A DNA stretch of 64,000 nucleotides, taken from positions 9,858,001-9,922,000 of the forward strand of contig NC_058382.1 of the NCBI RefSeq assembly GCF_018350175.1, in the 5' to 3' direction. Position 1 is the first letter of the stretch. Every line of letters starts with the position of its first letter. Below are positions 12,436 through 25,285 of the stretch, in pieces. The notes under the pieces are model-generated. The model saw nothing but the letters and a program-made list of their open reading frames with translations, had not been told where the DNA came from and searched no databases. Origin of the DNA: Felis catus. Its lineage: Eukaryota. The position numbers and the translations under genes were made by a program.

Positions 12436-12720
12436 CGTCTCTTGTAAGAGGACCCTCATCTTGACCCAATGCCACTTGAAGCACGAGCCGGGCTCACAGC
12501 CGGGACCCGGGAGGTCTGAGGTCTCTCCGGGCATCTGGCAGCCGGGGGGGGGGGGGGGGGGATTCCTGGAAGCCCGTCCCCTTGGCCGAGGGCTCCCACG
12601 GGATGCCGCCGGGCACCGCCGAATCACGGGCCCCAGCAGATCTCCACAGCCAGGAAAAACAGGAGTGGCCTCGTCCTACTCCCCGGGGTGTGTTTATCTT
12701 GTACTCTTCCCATGACTCAC
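12436..12720 (-). other. C5AR2: Candidate non-coding first exon/promoter of C5AR2
   Basis: Good donor ACG|gtaagg at 12435 in unique, moderately CpG-rich sequence, with AP-1 motif TGACTCA at about 12713. Other candidate donors at 16129 and 16436. Cannot be resolved without RNA data. Confidence 0.35.
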
Positions 12721-15298
12721 ATATCCCAAAATTACCGGGCAGCGCATGAAGCCAGAGAGGGCTCGGGTGGGTGGAGGGCTGACCCCGTGTCACCAACCCC
12801 AGGATCAATGTCACCAGTCACCGATTCCTGGAAGCCACACCTGCGTGTGGTTTGACCTTCAAGACCTGGGGGGGCGGGATGGGGGGGGGCGGGAATCTGG
12901 GCCTAGACTCACTCTCCCATGGGACCCTCTGAGGTCACCCTCACCAAGCACTCGCTGCCCTCTGCCTGCCTCCCAGCCTCCAACCGCGTGCCCAGCCCCT
13001 CTCTCTCTTCCCTCCGCAGAGCCCCAAGGGCAGATAAACACGCCTCCCGCCTTCCGTGCGCTCTGAGGGAGACGGCTCAGGGTCACGGTCCCCACAAAAA
13101 GCCCAAGGCCACCAAACACAGGGCCTGAGGCCCCAGAGCCGACAAAACGCAAACAAATCCTATCCCTCCTGTGAGCCTCAGTTTTCCATCTTTAGAATGG
13201 GAAGATGTTGACTGCACGGTCCTTAACCTCCCTCCCAGCACAGCCGCAGAGGCTGAGAACGTGGACGTGAGAACCAGGACTCATATTTCAGGTCCCCCGC
13301 TGAGGAGTTTGGGTGGGGGGGCGGGGGGGGGGGGTCTCTGCCTCTCTGAGCCTCAGTTTCCTCTCCTGTGCAGTGGACTTTCTGCAGCAAGCAGGGGGAA
13401 AAAAAAAAAAAAAGGTAAAGAGATTTAAAACACACATACGAATACGACAGTGCCCGGCACGTCGGAGGTGGCTTCACCTGTGCTAAATCCACAGCAGAAA
13501 GACTATAACAGAAACTCTTAAAATTTACATTTTAAGAACGCAGGCTTTGGGGCGCCCGGGTGGCTCCGTCAGGTAAGCGTCCGACTTGGGCTCAGGTCAT
13601 GATCTCACGGTTCGTGGGTTCGAGCCCCGCGTCGGGCTCTGTGCTGACCGTTCAGAGCCTGGAGCCTGCTTCGGATTCTGTGTCTCCTTCTCTCTCTGTT
13701 CCAACCCCCCTCACGCTCTGTCTCTCTCTTTCTCAAAAATAAGTAAACATGACAAAAAAAAAAAAAAAAAAAAAAAAGAACGCAGGCTTAGCAAGAGGAA
13801 GTGACTCTCCGATCCCAGAGCCCCTATTCAGCAGTTTTCTGTGTTTGTACTTCTCTCTGTGTGTGCTTCAGGGGCTGAGGGAACGTATTTACAATGTTTC
13901 TTTTGCTGTTGTTTAGAGAGTAAAATCATGTTGTTAGAGGAAGTTGTTCTGAGTCAACAAACTGGATGGAACTCACTGCGCGACTTGGGGCGTCTCCCGG
14001 CCCCTCCCTGGGTGACCACGTCTTGGCTAAACCTTGTCATGGCCCCAGACCTTCCCGAGGAGACGATTGTCCCCTCCGTCCCTGCCTTGCTCCGGGAGAC
14101 CCCTTCATCTCCCACACCCTATGGGAACCCGTCCTGGTCCGAAAAGACCCGGGGACTGTCCGTCCTCAGTCTCATCCGGAGTTTACAGATTGGGCTAAAA
14201 CTGCTCAAATCGTTAGATCTTCATAAAACTCAGCCCCTGAGTCTCGGGGTGCATGTTTCTCAGATTCTGGGAGGCCGGGGTTTTCTGGTGTCCCTGGCGC
14301 TGGGGGCCTGGGGGATGCTGTGGGTTGAGGACAGTGTCTCTACAGGCTGCAGAGGCCAGGGGCGAGGGATGAGGGGGTGGGGACCACAGATTTATAAAAA
14401 GTGAGGGGCCAATCAGGGGGTGGGATTCCTTTACAGCCATCCCACGAGATGCCAAGTCCCAGCCCCTCAAGACAGGGAATCTAGAAGGAGAACACTTTAA
14501 AGTTTTTTTTAATGTTTTTATTTATTTTTGACAGAGAGAGAGAGACAGAGCGCACGAACAGGGGAGGGTCAGAGAGAGGGAGACACAGAATCCGAAACAG
14601 GCTCCAGGCTCCGAGCCATCAGCACAGAGCCCGACGCGGGGCTCGAACTCACAGACTGCGAGATCATGACCTGAGCCGAAGTCGGACGCTTAACCGACCG
14701 AGCCCCCCAGGTGCCCCGAAGGAGAACACTTTAGAAGGTTCCGTTGAGAGGGGCGCCTGGGGGGCTCCGTCGGTGAAGCGTCAGACTCTTGATTTCAGCT
14801 CAAGTCATGATCTCACGGTTTGTGAGTCCGAGCCCCGCGTCGAGCTCTGCCGTGGATCCTGCTTGGGATTCTCTCTCTCTCCCACTCTTTCTGCCTCTCT
14901 CTCTCTCTCTCAAAATAAATAAACTTAAAAAAAAAAGGTTAAGTTGACATAGGAAATTGCCATGTTGTGGGTGCAAATAGGTCGCATTCCGACAAATATC
15001 TGACGAGAAAGCAGGTAAGTGGTTGCCAGGAACTGGGGGGCAGGGAGGGGTGTCTTTTGGGGTGACGGGAATGTTCCGGAACCAGATCGTGGTGACAGCT
15101 GCACCCCACTGGGAATGTACTAAATGCCATTAATGGTGACTTTTTTCGTGACTTGTATTTTGCAATTTTTTTAAAATAATAAACAATAAGCCATTACACC
15201 TCCTCACCCCACAACAGGATGAAGTTTGGCAACTTCACGGGGTTCGCCCGAACGTCATTTTGTAGATTCACTTATCTTCTTTAAAGATTCTATTTTTT

Positions 15299-15512
15299 GG
15301 GGCGCCTGGGTGGCGCAGTCGGTTGAGCGTCCGACTTCAGCCAGGTCACGATCTCGCAGTCCGGGAGTTCGAGCCCCGCGTCAGGCTCTGGGCTGACCGC
15401 TCAGAGCCTGGAGCCTGTTTCCGATTCTGTGTCTCCCTCTCTCTCTGCCCCTCCCCCGTTCATGCTCTGTCTCTCTCTGTCCCAAAAATAAATAAACGTT
15501 GAAAAAAAAATT
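15299..15512 (+). mobile_element. Young SINEC_Fc
   Basis: Full length with TSD ttaaagattctatttttt. Confidence 0.93.
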
Positions 15513-17056
15513 TTAAAGATTCTATTTTTTAAGTAATTTCTATCCCCAACCTGGGGCTCGAACCCACAACCCCGAGATCAAGAGTCGCACGCCCTACCGA
15601 CTGAGCCGGCCAGGTGCCCCCACCCTAACAAAATTCTAGAAGCCTGAAAGGGTGAATGGCTATTTGACCCAAGGGATCTTACAGTGTTAGTCACAGACTA
15701 TTTGAATCACAGGAGTGTAGAATGTCACCCTAGAACCTGGGCGCGTTAGACACATAGAGCTCTAGAAGTACAGAGCCTGGGTGGCTCAGTCGGGTAAGTG
15801 TCTGACTCTTGATTTCGGCTCGGGTCACGACCCCACGGTTCACCGGATCGAGCCCCGAGTTTGCTGTCAGCGCAGAGCCTGCTCGGAATTCTCTCTCCCC
15901 CTCTCTCTCCGCCCCTCCCCCGCTCACACACAAGCGCACGCGCGCTCTCTCTCTCTCTCAAAACACATAAACAAACGTTTAAAAGTATAAATCACACCCA
16001 AATTAATTGTATCTGATTTCCTCTGGTTCGCTTTGCTTGCCTCTTGCCCGGCCGCTGGAAAACGGACGATCTCACGCGTGGCTCGCATTGTGTTCCTATG
16101 AGACCGTGCGGATCTGGAACGGTACCTACCTGGGGGTTAGAGGTGTGGTGTTCAGGGAGGTCACAGGGCACGGGTGCAGGGAGGAGGCTTTGCCCCGGGG
16201 GCCTGGGGGAGCCAGGTCTGAGGAATAGGTGGGTGTGTGTCGGGGCACTTGGTGGCGGTGGTAGGCAGGGGGCGGGGGGACGGGCACAGCCAGCTCAGCC
16301 AAACCCAATCATCCACTTTCTTTCTCCCCCACTTCCTCCTCAGAACTTGTTGAGCCAGCAGATCCCCCCAAACCCCAGATGTGGCAACGGCCGGGCCCTT
16401 CAGCCCACTTCCTTCTCCCCGGGCGGGGCGGCTCACCACCTCAAAGAAGCCACCTGGATCCCACGCGTTGACCTCCGAGTGTTTCCAGAAGACCATTCAT
16501 TGCGGGGCGCCAGCTCTTGGGACAACATCTCCCTCCCAGATCAGAGTGAGGGAGAGACCTCACCATCTGCAGCCGACTCCCCACCCCCGGGGAAAGCTGG
16601 CCGTGCTCATGATCCGAGCCCAAATCCAGAGTCCGGTGCTCAATCGACCGAAGCACCCAGGTGCCGAACGGGACGATCTTTTAAAAACAGGCCGGTTGGG
16701 GCGCCTGGGTGGCTCCGCGGGTTGAGCATCTGACTTTGGCTCAGGTCATGATGCCACAGTTCACGGGCTGGAGCCCCACATCGGGCTCTGTGCTGACAGC
16801 TCAGAGCCTGGAACCTGCTTCAGATTCTGTGTCTCCCCTCTGTCTGCCCCTCCAAGGCTTGCACTCTGCCTCTCGCATTGTCTCAAGGATAAATAAACAT
16901 TTTTAAAAAATTAATAAAAAGAAATATGTTGGGAGCGCCTGGGTGGCTTGGTGAGTTGAGTGTTCGACTCTTGATTTGGACTCAGGTCGTGATCCCAGAG
17001 TCGTGGGATTAAGCCCCACGTGAGGCTCCACACTGAGCGTGCAACCTGCTTAAGAT

Positions 17057-17095
<39 letters not shown>

Positions 17096-17159
17096 CACCC
17101 CTCCTCTACTCTTGCTCGTTCTGTCTCTTAAATTAAACACACAGTTACAGGAGGGAAAT

Positions 17160-17789
17160 GGGGAAAAAATTATAAAAGCAATATCTTGGATATATTGTTA
17201 GGCGAAATATAGTATTGACTGCATGAATATATTTTATATATGAAATATCATTGTATATAACAATGTAATAAATATATTGATAGTATTACTATCACTATAA
17301 TACATTGATGTCAATTATATACATTCATATAATGTTAATATGTGTTATATATGTTATATATGTTAATAGGGGCACCTGGCTGTCTCAGTCAGGATCTCAG
17401 AGTTGTGAGCTCAAGCCCCACGCTGGGTGTAGAGATTGCTTAAAAATAAAATCTTTGGGGGCGCCTGGGTGGTGCAGTCGGTTAAGCGTCCGACTTCGGC
17501 CAGGTCACGATCTCGCAGTCCGTGAGTTCGAGCCCCGGGTCAGGCTCTGGGCTGATGGCTCGGAGCCTGGAGCCTGTTTCCGATTCTGTGTCTCCCTCTC
17601 TCTCTGCCCCTCCTCCGTTCATGCTCTGTCTCTCTCTGTCCCAAAAATAAATAAAAATAAATAAATAAAAAAAATAAAATCTTTGGGGCGTCTGGGTGGC
17701 TCAGTCGGTTAGCATCGGGCTCTTGACTTCCGCTACGGTCATGATCTCATGGGTTCATGAGTTTGAGCTGACAGCACAGAGTCTGCTTG

Positions 17790-17825
<36 letters not shown>

Positions 17826-18035
17826 CCTCCCCTCAAAAATAAATAAATAAACATTAAAATAAATAAATAAAATAAAATCTTTGAAATATATATACACACA
17901 ATTACTATATAACATATTGATATTCATATAATACGTAATTGTATAATGTTCATGAATATATTATATTCATCATTACTATGCTACTCATGTCATTGTTGTT
18001 AATATAATCATAAAATATATTACTATTATTGCATC
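17160..18035. repeat. AT-rich low-complexity tract with inserted SINEs
   Basis: (TA)-rich degenerate sequence at 17160-17365 and 17880-18035 flanking three SINEs. Confidence 0.8.
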
Positions 18036-19570
18036 CATTTTTTTTTTCAGTGTATGTATTTATTTACGTAAGTTCTACCCCCAACATGGGGTGCAAATTC
18101 ACGACTCTGAGATCAAGAGCCACACACCCTCCCAGCTGAGCCAGCCAGGTGCCCCCGTTTCTTCTCAATTCTTTAGTGTGGCAACCAGAAAACTGGAAAC
18201 TACCTGTGAGATTCACAGCATGTTTCTGTTGAATGACGCTGGTCTATACGATATTTCTAGCCCATCTGCACACACGCACGCACACAAAACACTAAACAGA
18301 ACTGTTTTGCAGTCGATTATAAGCAGCACAGCATTTCAACATTTATTGTTTTTTATTTTCATTATTCAAAGAAAAAATTTTTTAATGTTTATTTATTTTT
18401 TAGAGAGAGAAAGACAGAGCATGAGCGGGGGAGGGGCACAGAGAGAGGGAGGCACAGAATCCGAAGCAGGTTCCAGGCTCCGAGCTGTCAGCACAGAGCC
18501 CCACGCGGGGCTTGAACTCACAAACTACGAGATCATGACCTGAGCCGAAGTCAGACGCTTAACCGACTGAGCCACCCAGGCGCCCCTATGTTCATCATTC
18601 AAGCGCAGCAGACTAGTTTTTTCAAAAGTCAAAAGGTTACACGCTGAATGAGTCCATTGAAAGGACCGAATTGAAGATGAGAGTGAAACCGTGGTGGCCA
18701 GGGGCCCCAGACCAGGCTGGGAGGGTGGAGGGCAGTCGGTGGGGGGTGGAAAAGGGCATCATGAGGGATCCAGGCGATGACGAAAATATCCTGCACCTCG
18801 AGTATATCGGTGTCCACATCCTGGTCGTGATCTTGTCGCTTTGCAAGGTGTTCCCATAGCGAAATAGGTCAAGGGCACAGAAGATCCCTCTGTATTATCA
18901 CTCACAGCCAGCTACGCGTGAGTCCGCAGTGATAACCAAAATTTAAAGTTTCTTGGGTTTTTTTTTCTTTTTTTCTTTTATTTATTTTGAGAAATGCAAA
19001 CAAAACAGCAGTTTACAAAGTAAAACGTCAAGTTCCCGCGTGACCTCCTTCCCCCCTGGAGGTGCCCAACCAATGTTTCTTAACCTCCCCTTACAGCAAG
19101 CTTCCCTCACACTTGCTTCTGACCGGGACCGTCTAACCTCTTTTTTACTTAAGGCATTTAAAAAAAAAAAAAAAAAAACCCAATTGAGTAACATTTTAAC
19201 CTACTGTACTTTAAATGGACACACTTAGTTGGGCTTTTTTTTTTTTAATGTTTATTTTATTTGGGGGGGGGGAGAGGGAAAGAGCGTGAGCAGGGGAGGG
19301 GCACGGAGAGAGGGAGACACCGAATCCGAAGCAGGCTCCAGGCTCCGAGCTGTCCGCCCAGAGCCCGACTCGGGGCTCGAACTCACGAACCACGACATTA
19401 TGACCTGAGCCGGAAGTCAGCGCTCAACCCCAGGCCGCCCAGGCGCCCCTAGATCCACCCGCTCAGAAAAGCTTCGCCCGCGTATCAACGAGCAAGAATG
19501 CCTTTTGAGACGCTTGTTACATTTTGTTCCAGCTCTCCAGTGATATAAATACCTCACTATTTTTTATAAG

Positions 19571-19770
19571 TTTTTTTTTTTTAATGTTTATTTATTTTTG
19601 AGAGAGAGAGAGACACACACACACAGAGCATGAGCAGGTAGAGGGGCAGAGAGAGAGAGAGAAGCGGCCTCCAGGCTCCCAGCCGTCAACACGGAGCCCG
19701 GCGTGGGGCTCGAACTCGTGAACCTGAGCCGAAGTCGGACGCTCCAGCGACTGAGCCGCGCAGGCGCCCT
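19571..19770 (-). mobile_element. Can-SINE in the C5AR1 3'UTR, sense to the gene
   Basis: Reverse-complement SINE; further sense copies at 19235-19449 and 18378-18586. Confidence 0.85.
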
Positions 19771-19996
19771 TCACTCTTCTGCAAAGGTTACGACCTTCCC
19801 ATCTGTCTTCTGTGTCTCGAATGTGTCCTAGTCACAAGCTGCACGCGCACGCGCACGCGCACGCGCAGAGAGCTGTTCGGCGGGGGGAGGGGGGGGTACT
19901 ACGGTTTCACCAAGGTCACGGTTACCAGGAGCCCAGAGAAACCGCACGGGTGGGAAGGTGGGGTTGCCGAGCAGAGGGCGGCCGGGAGCGCGCCCC

Positions 19997-21049
19997 TCAC
20001 ACCGCCTGGCTCTTCTGGGCTGGGGTGTCCGCCGTGGAGAGGGTGTAGGACTTGCTGTCCCGGGACACGGACTCCTCGGTCAACACGTTCCGGAGCCTGG
20101 CGGGGAGGGACTTAAGGAAGCGGGCGTGGAAGCCCCGAGCCGCCGCCACGTAGATGACGGGATTTATGCAGCAGTTGACGTAAGCGAAGGCGACGCACAG
20201 GGCGTCCAGAGGCGACACGCTCTTGAAGATTCTCGAGCGCGGGTGGGACAGGGCCAGCATCATCCCCGTCACCTGGTAGGGCAGCCAGAACACAAAGAAG
20301 CTGGTCACCACCGCCGCCACCACCTTGACCGTCTTGGCGGAGCGCGTGGCGCTGCGGCTCCACGTCCGAATCAGGAGGAACGTGTAACAGATTCCGAGCG
20401 TGACCAGCGGCCACAGGAAGCCCACCACCAGCCGCAGGATGGCCACGACCCTCTCGGTGACGAAACCGTCTCTCCCGTAGCTCACGCCGCACTCCATCTT
20501 GAACGGAAAGGCCTCCACGCGCACCACGCGATACATGAAGGACGGGATGGTCAGCAACAGGGCCAAGCCCCAGGCCACGCCGCAGGCCGCCCAGGCCAAG
20601 CGGGCCCCTCGGTAGTTCTGGCACCAGACGGGGTTAAACACCAGCAGGAAGCGGTCGGCGCTGATGGTGGCCAGGAGCAAGATGCTGGCGTACATGTTGA
20701 GCAGGATGAGGGAGGGCAGGACGCGGCAGGCCACGTCGCCATAGGGCCAGTGGCCGTGCTGGACGATGGATGTGAACAGGATGGGCAGCGCCAGGCAGGA
20801 GAGGAGGTCGGCCACCGCCAGGTTGAGAAACCAGATGGCGTTGATGTTTCGCCGCACCTCGAAGCCCGTCACCCACACCACCAGGCTGTTGCCCGGGACG
20901 CCCACCAGGAAGACCACCGCTAAGATGACCAGGGCAGTCACATTCGGGGCAGACAGGGCGGGGGTTCTAGAAGACTTGTCCACTGGCATGTACGGGTCCA
21001 CGGTCCAGCCATAATCAGCATAGTCAGGGGTGCTGTAATTCAGGGAGTC
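19997..21049 (-). CDS. C5AR1: C5a anaphylatoxin chemotactic receptor 1 (CD88), coding exon 2 (residues 2-351)
   Basis: 7TM GPCR running [13 protein letters not shown]...QKSQAV. DRF motif, [21 protein letters not shown]3 and Ser/Thr-rich tail. Acceptor ccttcttccctctctcatctcacccag|GAC at 21050/21049, phase 0. Confidence 0.97.
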   Translation of the reverse strand, partial: DSLNYSTPDYADYGWTVDPYMPVDKSSRTPALSAPNVTALVILAVVFLVGVPGNSLVVWVTGFEVRRNINAIWFLNLAVADLLSCLALPILFTSIVQHGHWPYGDVACRVLPSLILLNMYASILLLATISADRFLLVFNPVWCQNYRGARLAWAACGVAWGLALLLTIPSFMYRVVRVEAFPFKMECGVSYGRDGFVTERVVAILRLVVGFLWPLVTLGICYTFLLIRTWSRSATRSAKTVKVVAAVVTSFFVFWLPYQVTGMMLALSHPRSRIFKSVSPLDALCVAFAYVNCCINPVIYVAAARGFHARFLKSLPARLRNVLTEESVSRDSKSYTLSTADTPAQKSQAV

Positions 21050-21853
21050 CTGGGTGAGATGAGAGAGGGAAGAAGGGCCCATCAGAGCTATGCGGCCAGG
21101 AGCCCATCACACCTCTTCTCGGAGCCCCAGGTTTCTCCCCAGGGGAACGGGGATGCGGAGGGCCAGACCCAGCTACGGGGTTACACCTGCCGCCCTGCCA
21201 CCTCCTGCTAAAATCCTTGGACATCCCCAGGATCCGGCAACCGAGCGGGCAAAACCTAGTCCTGCTGCCAACGTTGTGGTCACTGTCCGTTCTGACGGGA
21301 CTGTACCCCATGACACACAGCTTGTCCGCTCTTTCTTGAATTTTTTTTATTTTTATTTTTTTAATGTTTATTTTGGGGACAGAGAGAGACAGAGCATGAA
21401 CGGGGGGAGGGTCAGAGAGAGAGAGAGAGAGGGAGGCGCAGAATCCGAAACGGGCTCCAGGCTCCGAGCCGTCGGCACAGAGCCCGACGCGGGACTCGAA
21501 CTCACGGACTGCGAGAGAGATCGTGACCTGAGCCGAAGTCGGAAGCTCAACCGACCGAGCCCCCCGGGGGGCCCCGCGGCTCCTTAGCTCTTTTTAACGC
21601 CGGCAACAAACTGAGATGATACCCCCAGGTGGCTACCCCACTGCCGCCCATCACCCCCTTTTGCTGCTTCGCGCCCACTAAGACAGCTCCGTGCTCTGTC
21701 TCGAAGTGGCTCCCCCCGAGAAGGCAGGGATTCGGCCTGGTATTTAAGCATGCAGAAAGGGGGAATCAAAAAACAAACAAAAAAAAACAAACAAAAAAAC
21801 GCTCAGTCATCCAGGTAAATATGTTGATGCGATGTTTTAAAGAATCAAAATCA

Positions 21854-22078
21854 GGGGCGCCTGGGTGGTGCAGTCGGTTAAGCGTCCGACTTCAGCCAGG
21901 TCACGATCTCACCGTCTGTGAGTTCGAGCCCCGCGTCAGGCTCTGGGCTGATGGCTCGGAGCCTGGAGCCTGTTTCCGATTCTGTGTCTCCGTCTCTCTC
22001 TGCCCCTCCCCCGTTCATGCTGTCTCTCTCTGTCCCAAAAATAAATAGACGTTGAAAAAAAAAAATTAAAAAAAAAAA
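21854..22078 (+). mobile_element. Young SINEC_Fc in the C5AR1 intron
   Basis: Full length with TSD aagaatcaaaatca. Confidence 0.93.
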
Positions 22079-25000
22079 AAGAATCAAAATCAATGCCCGC
22101 CCCTCCCCCAAATCCATGGGGGGTGGAGGGACAAAACATCCAAACTGTGAATAAAGACAGGCGGCCATCTTTGTTTGTTTTCTGCCCTTGCACGATTGTG
22201 CCTTGGGAACCGTCCAATCAGACCACAGTTTGCTTTCCCAGACAGGGGGGTGTCTGCAAATGGACCCTGGTGTGTAAACGTATCAGGCAATTCCGGGGTT
22301 TTATGGACAGTCACGCTGCTGGGGCTTATGAGGTGGTTTCTGTTGTGGGGCGGGAGCGGGGGGATTTGAGCAGAGCTTTATTTGTTCTACTCGGTTCAAA
22401 CTACGGGAGGGTATTTTGCGAAGGGTAGAGGGGCACACATGTGTCCTTTCGCTCCGGGTTCCGGATAGCTCAGCACTGGCACTTAGGGGCCAGATCCCGA
22501 CTGTCCTGCTTGAAGCCTGCCTGGGCCCTTGGAAGTTCCCTTACTGCTCCGTGCCTCGGTTTCTTTCCTGGTTGACCCGTACTCTTCTATCACCATTAGC
22601 TTAAGTCGTTTCAAAACCTCAGGGTCAGAGCAGAGAGAAAATATTGGGGGGGGGGGGTGGCAAGATGAAGCATAAAAAATAGGAATAAGATATAGATTTT
22701 TGCCTCGCAAGAGGAAGGACAGAAGGGATGAAAGGAACAAAGAAAGATATAGGTGTCCAAGAACAAAGAGCGCCTTAGCACCCAGATTATGGTCTCTAAT
22801 GACCCTCTGCCGTTCAAAGGACCCAGGCTTGGGGCGCCCCAGGGGGCTCAGTCAGTTACGCGTCCAACTTCCACTCAGGTCATGAGCTCAAGGTTTGTGA
22901 GTTCAAGCCCCACATCGGCCTCTCTGCTGTCGGCGAAGAGCCCACGGCAAATCCTCTGTCCTCCTCTCTCTGCCCCTCCCCTGCTCATGCACTCTCTCCC
23001 TCTCTCTCTCTCTCTCTCAAAATAAATAAATAAACATTAAAAAAAAAAAAAAACCAAGCAAACCCATTGGTCACCTTTTTATTCTGGAAAAGAAACAAAT
23101 CAAGCATTTATCCTGCCATTTCTGCACAGGGTATATATATTTCAGGGAAATAGAGTTGATGTAGGAAAGTCTTCCTTTAGGAAAAAAAATCTAAGAGGGG
23201 CGCCTGGGTGGCTCATCCAGAGAAGACAGACAATTGGACATCCTGTTCTATCTGATGTGACGCATTAGAAAGGACACAGCACCGCCTGTGAAGTGATTGT
23301 GGCCCAATAAGTGAATGGGGCTCCAATCAAGGTTCTAGATCAAGAACGACCAGTCCACAGGAAAAGCAGGGGACAGAGGAACATGATAACGCCACAGGGA
23401 CAAGATCAGCCCAAGCAGCCCGCAGAAAAGTCTACAGGACAAATGGTATGGTCTGCTTTCTCCCACAAATAAATGACACTGTAAAAAAGAAAAAAAAGAG
23501 AGACAGAGAGAGAAGACGAAGAAATGTCATGGATTAAAGGAGATTTAGAGGCATTTCAAGCAAAGGTAATATGGAGACATTGTTTGGATTCGGAGTGGAA
23601 TAATCAAGCGGAAAAATCAGGCATTTTTGAGATAATGTGGGAAATGTAAAAACGGAGTGTTTGACAATAGTAAGGAATCGGTGCTGATTTTATTGAGGGT
23701 GATGTGGTATTGTGTTTATGTGTTTAAAAACCGAGGGGGAGGGGCGCCTGGGTGGCTGGGTCAGTTGAGCATCCGACTTGGGCTCAGGTCATGATCTCAC
23801 TGTCTGTGAGTTCGAGCCCCGCGTCGGGCTCTGTGCCGACAGCTCGGAGCCTGGAGCCTGCGGATTCTGTGTCTCCCTCTCTCTCTGCCCCTCCCCTGCT
23901 CGCTGCGCTCTCTCTCTCAAATATAAACATTAAGAAAATAATAATAATAATAATAAAAAGAAGAAGAAGAATAAGAAACACCGAGGTATTTAAGAGCCAA
24001 AGGGTGTGATGCCTACAACTTACTCTCAAATGTTCAGGGGGGAAAAAAAGATGATAGATAGACAGATGATAGACAGATGATTGACTGATAAAGCAAATTC
24101 GGAGAATCTGGGTGAAGAGCCTTATGGGAGTTCTTTGTATCGCTCTTACCATTTTTCCCTAAGCGTGAAAACATTTCAAAATAGAAAGCTCAACTTGTTG
24201 CAATATTTCTATTGGTAAATAGCCCCTGCGGGAGCCTTCCCCTTACCATCCCCCCCTCCCACACCTCTTCTTCCCATTGCCTTCTGGGACCCACGCAGCC
24301 CCCTCCTCCCTCCACTCCCCCACCCCTATCCCCAAGCTCCAGTTTAACTAAAGGGTTAATGCCAGGCCCAGCAGGAGGCTGTAGGGCCTCAGCACCTTTA
24401 GCAGGTGGTTAAACTCGTTGTGAGTGTTCCCTTTGGATGCAACGTTCAAAGCTGGTAGCTTTTGCACTTCAGGTTCCACAGCTCCCAGGCCTCCTTGGCT
24501 ACAGAGTGACTCAGACTCCGAAAAGGGAGCGTTCCTACGCACCCCCACTCCCCTGCTCTCACACTCCTCAGCTGACAAAGTGCCTTCCGGATGGACATGA
24601 CAGACGTGAGCTCACGGGCGGGGGCGGGGGGGGGGGGCCTTTTCCTTTTGCTGATTTCATAAGGCCAGGGAAAAAAAAAAAGAAAGTGCTGATTCGAACA
24701 CCCTGTGGCTTCCAGGACCCTGCCAGGACCGGTGGCTGGGAAAAGCTTTGCCCCTGCAGCACCCCTACAAAGATGGGAAGTAACCAGAGGGTCCAGCAAG
24801 AGGGAAGGGGATGGGTTAATGATGGCGCATCCCGGCCCACAGAACACATCTGGGCCACTCGCCCAAAGAATGAGGAGTTTATGCTCTGATGTGGAAGGCG
24901 CTCCAAGAGCTAGGGTGATGGGTAAAACCCGGGACCGGAGGCGCCTGGCTGGCTCAGTTGGTGGAGCCTGCATCTCTCGATCTCGGGGGTCGTGGGTTCA

Positions 25001-25285
25001 AGCCCCACGTTGGGTGTAGAGACTGCTTAAAAATATGGGGGCGCCTGGGTGGCTCAGTCGGTTAAGCGTCTGACTTCGGCTCAGGTCACGATCCCGCGCG
25101 GTTCGTGGGTTCGAGCCCCGCGTCGGGCCCTGTGCTGACAGCTCAGGGCCTGGAAGCTGCTTCGGATTCTGGGCCTCCCTCTCTCTCTGCCCCTCCCTGC
25201 TCGTGCTCTGGCTTTCTCTCTTTCTCTCTCAAAAATAAGTAAACATTAAACACAAAATTAAAAAAAAAATACAAAAATCTTCTCT

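Noticed and set aside
19958-20923. 321-aa plus-strand ORF antisense to C5AR1 (and 212/257-aa ORFs over C5AR2)
   Set aside because: Shadow ORFs from very high GC3 in the GPCR exons; no recognisable domain.
24241-24250. Other ATG|gt candidates for C5AR1 exon 1 (24246, 24149, 27796)
   Set aside because: The 28261 site has the perfect donor, correct phase, familiar 5'UTR and CCAAT/TATA-like promoter.
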